A stretch of DNA of 64,000 nucleotides from Ginglymostoma cirratum (Eukaryota). Within the stretch, counting starts at the first letter, position 1, and each line of letters begins with the position of its first letter. A model generated the notes under the pieces. It had not been told where the DNA came from. It did not search any database and saw nothing but the letters and a program-made list of their open reading frames with translations. A program made the translations under genes and the position numbers. Where the stretch lies: positions 27,026,617 to 27,090,616 of the forward strand of contig JAHRHZ010000223.1 of assembly GCA_024137785.1 (NCBI GenBank), in the 5' to 3' direction. Below, piece after piece: positions 39,127 to 50,250 of this stretch.

Positions 39127-39202
39127 CCAACAATTGTGGGAGTGTCTTCTTCTGAGTCACATCAGTAGAACAGGATAGATACCCGGAGGCAATACTGGAC
39201 AT
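39127..39202 (-). CDS. FANCA: FANCA coding exon 1 (MSSIASGYLSCSTDVTQKKTLPQLL-G), 76 bp
   Basis: ATG at 39202. Phase-1 donor G|GTGAGT joins exon 2 in frame. The basic-x-LL ending resembles human RRRAWAELLA. Confidence 0.85.
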
Positions 39203-39589
39203 TCTGCACGTTATACAAACAGCACTGTCACATTCATGGGAGAGCAAATAAGCAAAACCTAACCTGACACCCACTTTCTAACTGGTTCGCATCTACATTA
39301 AATCATACTTTAGCTTTAATTACGAATAGTATTAACACTGGCACAGGTACAACAACGGGAATAACAAGCATTAATTCACTCTACTGTTATTGGTCTTACT
39401 GCTGTGGTTTGAATTACAAACCCCGACAACTTTCTGCAATTCTAGTAATCGCATGCTGTGTCAACTATTTAACTCACTACTGAATCTGTACGAATATTTA
39501 ATGCATTAATGAACTTACTTTTACTCTTTTTATTTTGCAATAATGCTTTCATGAACAAGCTGCCTATTACTGCAGTCCATTAAAAAGTG

Positions 39590-39765
39590 ACAGCCCCGCC
39601 ACTCCAAACTCCTTCCCTTCCCCGTTGTGCTTCTGCATCTTTCTTTTCCTCATCACTTCCGTCCTCCTGCTGTCCCGCGCTGCGACACCATTGGTGGATT
39701 GTTTCCCGGAAGTTGCTATCCATTGGTGGATAAATGTTGATTGACAGCTCTCCCGGGCCAAACTG
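39590..39765 (-). promoter_or_regulatory. Probable TATA-less FANCA core promoter
   Basis: CpG-retaining patch 400-560 bp upstream of the ATG. Contains two CCAAT boxes, two ETS cores (CGGAAGT), E2F-like TTTCCCGG and TTTGGCCC sites, and a GC box. Confidence 0.65.
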
Positions 39766-40649
39766 ATGTGCTAAACCTCAACTTGACTCAGTACTCTAGA
39801 TGTTCAACTAGTTTCCAATCCTGTAATTCTTTTGACAAGGTGACATGAGCTATAAATTTCTTATTCTTCTGCCAAATCGTAAGCTTTAGAAAGCAACTTA
39901 AAATGAACAGAAAACGTAGAGCAAGTGAGTTGAATTTTAGTTTACTTAAATGTTATTGCAACTTCAGTTGTTCTTCACTCTGAATTTAGCCAACAACAGA
40001 AAATACTATTAAGAATATTAATCATGGAAAATATGTTCAATAATTGAAAGTAGTTATGTACATGCTGGAGGGTGAGAACATGCTGAATAGTCATACAAAT
40101 AACAAAGCCTAGAATCCGTAGTTGATGTAGGTGAATCAAGAGAAACATTGAAAAAACTTACTGTATCTTGCTCAGCTTTTCCGACTTTCATTGTTTACAA
40201 GTTGACAGACCCAGAAACACTAACACATCTCTAATGAAACAATCATCTACTAACAAGAATATTAAAACCAGTGAACAAGTGGGGTCCTTAATTTCAGGGG
40301 ATAGAATTGAAAAGTAGAAGAGTCATGTTAATCTTGCATTTTAGAGCCTTGGTCACTCCACGTTGGGAGTGCTACGCAAAGCTCAGACTCAAAATTACTA
40401 AAACAAGGTAGAGATGTTGAAGAGTGTGAAAACTCAATTATGAGAATAATACTGGAACAGAGCTTAACTATTCAAAAAGGTGGAACAGGCTCAAACTCTG
40501 CTCTAGAAGATACACAAGAGCCTCATGTCTTTGAAAACAACGTTAAAGATCTCGATCAGACAGAAACAAAACTAATGTTTCTGTTTGTCGTGGATTTAAG
40601 GAGAATCAAATAAGTGGTCCAATGAGTTTAAAGTGTAATAATAGGTGAA

Positions 40650-41640
40650 GGATTTAGAGCCATCAAGCCAGCTATAGCATTTAGAAGTTCAACCTTGACC
40701 ATACTATGCCAACTATATATTCTTGCCTGATCCCCAAGTCCTTAATGCCATTGTGCCCAAAAATCTATGGAGCTTAGTTTTTAATACACATATTTACTGA
40801 ACATCACCTTCTGGTACAGAGAATTCCAGTAATTCATGACAATTTTTCCTCATTATTTCCAAATGGCACTCGATCCAAAGGAAATCTTCCAAACACCCTT
40901 TCACCATTTCTGCTGCCACAATTTCAGAATTGTTGATATTCTTAGGAGATTATCTCCCATCTTCTAAACCCTGGAAAATATATATACTCATTCTGCTCAA
41001 TTATCTCTCATATGTCAGCTTTTGCATCTTAGGAATCAATCTAGTGAAGGTTTGTTACACCTACTCTAAGGCAAATATATTTTTCCTAGGGTAAAAAGAT
41101 CCAAACTTAATATAGTGCTCTAGATCTGCTTTCAGCAAAAGCCTATAATAATTGCAGCAATCCTTACTTTTTCTTGTTGTCCAACACCCTTTCATAAATG
41201 GTTCCTAATTGCTTGTTATAACAGCATATTAACTTCAAGGACAAGGACACCTGGATACCTCTGATCACCAACAGGTAGAAATCTCGCATCTTTCAAAAAG
41301 TATCCTGCCTTCTCATTCTTCTCACTAAAGTGAATAATTCCAGACTTCCACAATGTTCCTGCCCAATCATTTAACGAAGCTATATCACCTTGCAACTTGT
41401 TTGTTGTCCAAACAATTACTTGCCCACATAGCTTTATATTAACAGTAAACATGGATATATTACACTCAGTCCCCTTCTCTAAATTACCTGTAAATAGCTT
41501 GGGCTCAACCACTGAGTCTTGTGGTACTAATTACCTGCTATCCCAAAAATGTCCATTAATTCCTGTTCACTCTGTCTTCTGCCTGTTAACCAATCCTCAA
41601 TCCATGCTAATATATTACTTCTACTCTCATGGCCTCTCCC
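40650..41640 (-). mobile_element. Decayed CR1 RT/3' region
   Basis: KLQGDIASLNDWA...IIHF, QRYPGVLV. Confidence 0.6.
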
Positions 41641-44600
41641 GAGAGGAATAGATGAGACAAATAACAATGACGTCTTTAAAAGTGATCTTTATATGCAAAT
41701 AAGAAGGAAAGAAATAAATGGATGTTTATTTTTAGCAGTATGCTACCTACTGCATAGGTAGCAGTAGCTGGAGGGGAATTAGTGGAAGTATGTTTGGAGA
41801 GTAAATGGTGATATATGCAAGTTGGGCTGAATGTTTCTATACTATACAGTTAATGTGAAGTTCAGAGTGGAACCAGGTAACATGCTTCTCTTATGTGTAT
41901 AAGTACCACCTCAATTGTTGTCCTGTGCAAAATATTTACAATGGAAGGTTCTATTTTTGGTTAAAGGAAGTAATGAAAATTCCTTGAATAAAAATGCAAA
42001 AACAAAGTAAGTTTTGGAACCAGATTATTTTGGGAGGGAATCTGGAAACTGATTTGCGAGTGCCATCTTCTTGGGGGATTCTGCGCTTTGTCTTCCTCAG
42101 CCGTCTATTCCCTCGCCACCTGCAGCTTACACAGTAATGGAGTCCTGCAGCACACGTTTGAGGAGATTCTCAATTCTGCAGTAACTCCAGCTATTCCCCA
42201 AGTTCTGAAATTGGAGCTTGAGCAAGTGATGGCATTTCCCATACTCATGATTATTCAGGATACATGAAATGTTCTGGAATTCCAATGTAGAATGGAATGT
42301 GCATTCAACAGGGCCCAGCTGTTTTGTTGGACCACACATACTGAGCTCAGAATCATTGATATCTTGACCAGTGCAACACTTGGTTCTGAACTCTCAAAAT
42401 CTAAGAAAGAATGGTACAATTGTTCTGTAAGCAAAGTTACATAGCCATTGCTATTTTACATGCATGATAACTGTAAAATTAGAGGAACGTACCCTCCAAA
42501 ATGTCAACCTCAATCTGCGCAAGGTCACGATGATGTTTAAGGTGAATGATGGAGTATTTTAAAGTTGAGGTACTGGGAGGCTGAAAGCTGGTGTAGACCA
42601 TGAAGACAGAGGTGATGGGGAATGGGATCTAGTGTGTTAGAGGATACAGGTGGCAGAGGTTTAGATAAATTAAACTTTATGGAACGTTAGCTTGGAGAGC
42701 ATTGAGGAGTTGAATCTGGAGGTGCCAAGAGCCTGGCTCAGGGGTTAAGAGGCCAAGAGACAAAGGTGGGCATTCTTTTGGTAGAGTGGGTACCAATTTA
42801 GAAACTTTGCTTGTGGCTTACTAAGAAGTTCATGTTGCAGTCTCTGACCTTGTGTGGGTTTTGGAATTATAGACCCGGTTTTCTGTTTAGCAATTACAGT
42901 GTTGCCTTGGATTTATCCTGATTAGTACTATGAAGTGAATAACCAATGCATTAATTTCCTGATCTCAGCCATGTTACAAGGAGGAATTGCTTGCAGCTGT
43001 TTGTCACTTTTGGCAGTAGGGACAGGGTGGAACATGTCTGAGGATATCAAGCTCATGTATAACTCTAAGCTTTACAGGAAAAAGTGGGAAAGGACTGCCA
43101 ACAGCCTGCAGCAAACATTGTTCTTTCAAGGAAGTAAAGTCTGAACACTATTTGAAAGACTTTTCTTCACTTACTTTGTAAAACTAAATTTATTTCTCCA
43201 TTAAATTAGTATTATTAAAACTTATGCAAGTAAGTCTGATTATTATACATGATTGGATGACGTTGAAACTTTCACCTCCCTGCAGCTATTTGCTCCAGTT
43301 CTTATGTAGTGATTTTTATTACAGCATTGCCTCCATTTGTAAGCCACTTCTGAAGTGCTCCAATTAGCAGTTCATTTTGTAACTCTCATTAGCTTACAAC
43401 TCTCTTATAGCAAATTTCAATCAATTTGATTGCAGTGTGTAGGATATCTGTTGCATCTGATTGTCTGTTGAATCTAATTTGTTAGCAAATGAACTAAGAT
43501 AAATGTTTTGCAAAAAATAGCTGAAGTGTATTTTACTGGAAATAACAGTTCAGATCCTCACTTGTACTCAGTCAGGGTCATTCTTGTCATGTGTTCAAGT
43601 AGGGTGTAGTTATATATATTAAAATTATGTGTACATCAGTTGTTACTGAAGTGACTTTACGTATCAGTTATGACAAATGTTTCCTCAAAATTAATTGAGA
43701 TATAAGGAAGTTCTCATTTTTAAACCAACCTGTCTCATTATCTTTAGCTTACTAAGCCTGCATTTTAGCATTCAATACATTGTGGATATCTTATTGTATA
43801 CGCAGATTCCCATACACTTTAGATTTTTGACTCTCCAAAAAGATTAGCACAAGTTACTATTATGTATAGAGCTTTGTATTGCAAGACAGATTACCAATAG
43901 AGATTGCTTGAATCTGAGGTTGTGACTGTGGAAAGGTAAGAGATGAAATATTTTGACACAGGGTAATGCAAATTTCATACAGTTTATATTTCACACTTAT
44001 TTGGACTGAGGGTCAGTTGAAATCCATGTCTTGTGATTTTGCCTATTGAACCAATCTTTTACCCCTAGGTCTCTCTGTTTATAGCTCATGTTCCACATTT
44101 TACTTTCATGATTACTGGAGGCCCTCAAACCTAAGATGTCTAATTGGACTTTAAACACAATCTGTTTTTTTTTATGACCAAAACATTATCTATTTTGATG
44201 TTAGCTGATGGGTGGTTAGATGCATCCAGCTAAAAAATGTTCATAAGTATTCAATTGCCTTGACCAATGGATTTTTTTAACAGAACCAAGACAATTCTGT
44301 CTTGTTGAAGTACCATCTTTAACCCAAGTACCAAACTGGCAGCCCATAAGACTTTCTCCTACCAGAATTAGATTTATCTTGACATTAAAAACTTGAAAGA
44401 AAGCTTTAAGATGAAATAAAATTCTTATGTTTTTATAAAAGTTTCAGTAATTTATGGACATGAATGATTTAAACAACTTTGATTTTGTGGAACTACGGAC
44501 TTCATGTGACACTACATGAATGGTTTTGTTTAGTTTTTTTCCTTTCACTTTTACTAAATAGGAAATTGCTTCTACAGGTTAAATAGAGACGAAGTAATCA

Positions 44601-44923
44601 GTTATTAACTTTAATGAATCACTACTTACCTGTCCTTGGCCTGACATCCCTGTCTATTTAGTATGCTGCTCTGACTCACAATCAGCAATAACTCATTTCT
44701 CTGTCAACTAATACATTGCAGTTCCATAAATGCACTCACTAAAAATGAAACAGCAATTTAAAAGTAATGAAGCTCATCAACTGTGTAACGTGTAGACCAA
44801 TTTTGGAAATTGCGTGAATTTTTCAGAATTTTTAATGTGCAGGTAGTCCAAGTGACAGGATGTGATTTGTGATGGACCTCAGCTATTCACTATTTATTAA
44901 TGACTTGTATAGCATAGATCTTA

Positions 44924-45600
44924 GAACTCTTCTGTGGTGCAGCGGTAGTGTCCCTGCCCTTGGACCAAGACACCAGGGTTCCAGTCCTGCCTGCTCCGAA
45001 GATATGTAATAGCATCTCTGAAAATAAAATATGGGATAGACCTTAGGGCTATCTTGTGGCACTGTGGTAGTGTCCCTACCCCTGAACCAGGAGGCCTTGG
45101 TTCAAGTCCCATCTGCTCCAGTAGTGTGTAATGACATCTCTGTTTGGGGAATGAAGAACTGGAGGACATTAGTTTAAGGTAAGAGGGGAAAGAATACGTG
45201 GGAACCTGAGGGGCAACTGTTTTACACAGAGGGTGGTATGCTTATGGAATGAGCTACCCGTGGAAGTGATTGAGGCGTGTACATTAACAACATTTAAAAG
45301 GCATTTGGACAAATACATGGATAGGAAATGTTTAGAAGGATATGGGCCAAGTGCAGGGAAACAAGGTTGGCGTGGATGACATTTTGGTCAGCATGGAGCA
45401 GTTGGGGCCAAAGAGTTTGTTTCTGTGCTGTAGGACTCTATGACTCTAGATTGATTAGAAAATATCTATGATAGGATAGAGGAAAGCTCTTATGGTGTGA
45501 TGGTAATGTCGCTGCCTATGAGCCAGGAGACCTGGGTTCAGGTCCTACCTGCTGCAGAAGAGTGTAATAATATCTCTGAACAGGTTGATTAGGAAAATAT
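44924..45600 (+). repeat. Three tandem ~120-bp tRNA-like SINE units; the second is interrupted by a CR1 3' end (45141-45448)
   Basis: Repeated CTT.TGG..C.G.GGTAGTGTCCCT.CC...CCAGGAG.CC.GGGTTCA.GTCC...CTGCTCC.G...TGTAAT..CATCTCTG. Solo copies at ~28912-29012 (+) and ~22005-22113 (-). Confidence 0.75.
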
Positions 45601-46479
45601 GTATGATAGAATAGAAAGCCATTGTAAGCGGTATAAATAGATACTTAAAGTTGCAATGAGATTAACAGGGTGAAAATTGTATTAAATGGATTTCAATGTC
45701 TGCAAGGGTGCCTTTTAAATGTGTATTTGCACTGCCTTTGACGTTAGGCTGGAACTTCTAAAATATATTCAAAGGGAAAGTATAAGATGATTCACAAGAC
45801 TGGCAATGCTGAAAGTAATGCAACTTCTATATTGGCGTCAAAAGATCATAATTGAACAAAATGTATATAACATTTTAACAGATGCATAAAAATGGAAATC
45901 TGAATGAGCTTTATTTTGCTGACAAACATTTAATAAAAATTCCTGACTGCTTTTGTACCATCTGTAAAACATGAATGAATAATTTGAGATTTCGCTGAGC
46001 CTCCCTCCTGGCGGCCAGCCTAACTGAAGCAGATGTGGAAAGCACAATTTTCAAACAAATCTGAGACTTTGCATTGCATCAATTCAGCCGTATTCCGAGC
46101 TCTTTAAATGTGCTTCCCGGCGAGGTATAAATCCGTGAGGTCTGGGGAAAAGAACGTCTATTTCAATCGGATATCCGAAAATGTAAACCTGAAATAGGGA
46201 TTGGAGGAATTTTGGTGGAGCGGGTCATTGAGGACCTGGGGAAGTGCTGTCAGGGGTAGTCAGGAGTAGTCGAGGGAACAGGTCAGCACCGAGAAGAAAT
46301 GAGTGTCAACTTTAGTCCTGGCGTGCACTCTAGCAAGAGTGGTGACAGAATGCGCCCATGTGCCGGCAAACACAATGCAAACCGAGTGTGCATACCCAAC
46401 TATTCCTGGCACAGGTTGCTTGGAATCAAGAAGTAGCAGTAAAGGTTAGATCTGAGTACTTTATTTTAAACAGTGACAG

Positions 46480-46866
46480 TGTCAGCCGTGCCTCAGTTGA
46501 GAGTATTCCTACCTCAGAGTTAAAAAGTTCCAAATACAAAGATCAAGGCTGATACTCCCAAGCGGTAAAGTACGACAGGAATGCCATCTTTTGAATAAAG
46601 TGTTACACTGATGCTTCCCCTACTGTCTCACCTGGATCCTGGGCACTATTTCGAAGGTTATCTCCAGAGTCCTGGCCATATCTTATATATATATGTATGA
46701 AACAACATCACAAAAAGGTTATTGTTTATTGTCACATTATTATCTGTGGGAACTTACTGTATTTAGATTGACTGCCACATTTCTTATAGCAGTGTCTGTA
46801 CTTCGTTAGTATATCACTAAAATGCTTTGAGATCGTGAAAGGTGCTATGTAAATGCAAGTCTTTTT
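46480..46866 (+). mobile_element. Deu-domain SINE (SacSINE1-like); further partial copies at ~47575-47775 and ~60500-60895
   Basis: tRNA-like head TGTCAGCCGTGCCTCAGTTG, Deu-like core, and tail GTGAAAGGTGCTATGTAAATGCAAGTCTTT. Confidence 0.65.
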
Positions 46867-47345
46867 AGGTGAAAAACTAAATCCAGATAGATTTCTGGAT
46901 TATGAATGTGGATCATTAAAAAGCCATAATCAGGTTAAAATGAAATATGAAAGGCCAATGAAATGCTGGACTTGATACCAAGGGGACTGGAATACAAAGG
47001 GATAGAAGTCATGCTAAAACTATGTAAAACCCTGTTTTGATCTCAACATTCTGGGCACCACGCCTTAGGAAGGATATATTGAGGGATTACTTTATAGATT
47101 CACCACAATAATGTGGGGATTCCAAAGGTTAAATTATGAGGAGAGATCACACAAGCTAGATTGACTACCCTAGAATTTAAAAAATTGTGGTTGATTTGAT
47201 TGCAACTCTCAAGATATTAAGGGAAATTGATAAGGGAGATGGACACTATTTGCTCTGTTTCTGGAATCTAGGACTATAAGATTTGGTCCATTAAGCAGTT
47301 TGGACTGTGGATTTTCATCTTCAAACATGACAGAATATAAAGTTC

Positions 47346-47494
47346 AGAGATAAAAGGTACTGCAGATGCTGGAGAATCCGAGATAACAAGCATGGGGCTG
47401 GATGAACACAGCAGGTCAAGCAGCATCATAGGAGCAGGAAAACTTGACGTTTCGGGCCTAAACCCTTCATCAGAAAAAACCCTTCATCAAAAAA
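47346..47494 (-). mobile_element. Short PLE-derived retroelement (family P1) with 14-bp TSD
   Basis: Homologous to the PLE terminus at 26937-27065 and 27830-27920. Flanked by AGAATATAAAGTTC at 47332-47345 and 47495-47508. Confidence 0.8.
47443..47476 (-). ncRNA. Minimal type I hammerhead ribozyme motif (PLE type), intact core
   Basis: Minus strand reads UUU-CUGAUGA-A-GGG-UUUAGG-CCC-GAAA-CGUC-AAG. Confidence 0.7.
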
Positions 47495-48453
47495 AGAATA
47501 TAAAGTTCCACAGATGAGTCATCAGACTTGAAACATTAACTCTGTTTTTATCTCCTGCTGAGTTTCTCCAGAATGTCAGCTAGTTCAGTAGGTAGCATAT
47601 CACTTTCAGGTCAGAAATTTCGAGTGCTAGGTTCACTCCTGGCTTTAACCAGATGATCTACGTTGACACTGCATTGTGAAACTAAGAGCCTATCAAAACT
47701 CAATTGTACTATTCAAAGAACAGAAGCAAAATTTTGGTGTTTTGAGCAGAAGGTGCTGTACAAATGCAAACATTTCCAGAATGTTGCAGGCAATAGCAGA
47801 AGCGAACCCACTAAACGGCCTTTAAACTGCAAACTATTTTGATGGAACAGATACTCCCTGGTGGTAAAATGCTCAGCTGAATCTGTTGCGTTTGTATCTT
47901 AATTAAGAGTCATTAACGGCGGTCATATTGGTAACGGTCTGATGCTATAACTTTGTTGTATTTGATTACGTACAATGAATTGTAACAGTGCTGTGAAGAA
48001 TGTCTTCACAGGTTTCTGAATGTGTCAGTATTTAAAGAACTATTGCATTATAATGCTTAATGCTACGACATGGTCAGGCAATCAACACACGGTTCAATAG
48101 GACATTTTTGAAGTGGGGAGAAGGGATTGGAATATGAAGCATATGCGGGTGTATTGATGTATCTGCAGGAGTGTCACAGCGAGATGGGTTCTGCCGCATT
48201 GTGAATTTATTCTGCAGATTGCCAACCTGAACCTGGAAATGGGTTGTATCTAGGTAGAGTTTCCAAGACGCAGGTTAAACTCGCCTTCTGTAGTTCAGGT
48301 AGAATAAAGGAACCTGGGCGCGCCTGGAGCTCAATGAGGCAGGTAAAATTGGACATTTTGTAAAAAGTGATTAGACAATTCGTGATTCCTCCAAACATTA
48401 TGATGTGAATGAAATTCCATATGTAACTGCTGGCAACATTCAAAACGCCCGAG

Positions 48454-48546
48454 TCCTGCTCCTGTGATGCTGCTTGACCTGCTGTGTTCATCCAGCCCCA
48501 TGCTTGTTATCTCGGATTCTCCAGCATCTGCAGTACCTTTTATCTC
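48454..48546 (+). mobile_element. Short P1 PLE-derived copy
   Basis: 92/93 identical to the reverse complement of 47347-47439. Confidence 0.8.
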
Positions 48547-49639
48547 GAGTGCTTGTCCTCTTGAGTATTGTAATATCTCCCATACATAGTACTCTGATCC
48601 TGTCTGAACTCCAAAAATCCGTTTACGAATGTGTGTGCACTGTAATTCCCATTGCTAAAGAATAGAAAACACTTTATTACCTGCAAATTGTATCGTTAGT
48701 TGTAAAACTCGTGAGTGAGTAAATTGTGATCATATCGGATTTGAATTTGGAATTTGGACATGAAGACAGCCAGATGTAATAAATACAGGGTAAAGTCTGA
48801 ATCCGTCCGGATACGGGAAGGTGTAAATTCGAACCTAGTGATGTCATTGTGTGGTCACTTTGACCTCTTCGCTCAGTAGCAGTCATAAGAAGTCCAGCTT
48901 ACTTTGAGGATTTGAATCTTTACAATATTAAACTCGTTGATGTACAGGGGGGTGAATAGACCACTTTTCAGCTGCACTCAGTACAAATGTTTGTTTCAAA
49001 GAGAAACAAACTGATAGTGCAATTAGTTGAGAGACTGATTCGCACAGGTAAAGTGTCTTAAGGGAAAACAAGATCGAGGCATTGGAACACGAAAAATGTA
49101 AGAACGGTGCATTACAATTGACAGAACTTTCAAACAAATGACCAGTTGGATAGCAGCATCAGCTTTTCACCACTGACCATGGAATTGTACATTATTACCA
49201 AGTTACCAGAAATCTTCAAAACACGAGCCCGTAGAGGATCAAATTTAATCCCTTTTCTCAAAGCAAAAGGCAATCATTTTAAGTATATATATATATTTCA
49301 ATAAGACAAAATGTGCCCGAATCCCCCAAGACTGGAACTAGGTTGGGAAGTATATAAATAATCCCCTCTTCCGTTTACAGGACTCAAAATACAAGAATCA
49401 TATGAAGTGTGCAAATGTTGCACTATATTAGTTATCCTTGGTTGGGAACCTAATCTTCCAAAGGCGTGGATATAGTTGGAGGAAATGAATAATAGATGTG
49501 CAGGCTGTGGAGAAAGCAATGTTCGGGTGTGAGGACAGTCTCGCCAAGAAAACACACACCTCGTACTTTCACCGCTTGGATACTGCTGCATATTCCATTG
49601 TGCATTATAAGGGATGCAGCAGCTTATGTTTGCAGTATT

Positions 49640-49967
49640 GGACAGCAAGCTGTAACCCACACATGGGCGAAACAAAGCAACATTGCGGCCAGTGCACAGT
49701 GAGAGTACCAGTGGAGGGGATAATTTCCAAAAGCTGCACTTGGTTCAAACCGGAGCTTGCTGTCCTGTTTTGTTTTTGCTTTCTCTGTGTGTGTTGCTGG
49801 CTTTATCCTGTGGACTCTTCTGATTTGGTTGTGTGTGTTTAGGAGGCTGGGCTGGCCCAGAGCAGGGCGATCACATGGTACCGGCTGATTGACACCAGAG
49901 CTGCAGACTCGCTGTTATGGGAACCAGGAGAAACGTTGGCCAGCAGCAATGAGCAAGCGAAGGGGAA
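49640..49967 (+). promoter_or_regulatory. Probable SPIRE2 proximal promoter / 5' UTR
   Basis: CpG-retaining, GC-richer sequence immediately upstream of the SPIRE2 ATG. The TSS cannot be determined from sequence. Confidence 0.45.
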
Positions 49968-50250
49968 ATGGCCAGGTCGGGCACTGATGGAGAACCGCAG
50001 CAGCAAGTGGCCGGCGATGGGCTGGAGCCACAGGTTTTATCCCTGGATGAGGTACTGAGAGCCTACGAACAGCCGATCAATGAGGAGCAAGCCTGGGCTG
50101 TGTGTTACCAATGCTGCCGCTCTCTGCACCGAGACTGGCCCCGGGAGCAGGTGCGCATTGGCCGTGTCCGGGAGCTGGCAGCCATCCTGCTGCATCGGGA
50201 TGGCACCGTGTCCCTGTGCGGGGACGACCAGAACAGGCCGCCGCTTACAG
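49968..50250 (+). CDS. SPIRE2: SPIRE2 (spire-type actin nucleation factor 2) coding exon 1, start of KIND domain
   Basis: MARSG...[28 protein letters not shown]...ILLHRDGTV is a Spire KIND motif. GC/CpG-rich exon with phase-1 donor CAG|GTACAG. Adjacency to FANCA favours SPIRE2 over SPIRE1. Confidence 0.92.

Noticed and set aside
44924-45600. CRISPR-like or other prokaryotic repeat array
   Set aside because: The context is eukaryotic and the units are diverged SINE monomers without a spacer structure.
47347-48546. DNA transposon with 93-bp TIRs
   Set aside because: The left copy has its own 14-bp TSD, there is no shared outer TSD and no transposase. These are two separate retro-insertions.
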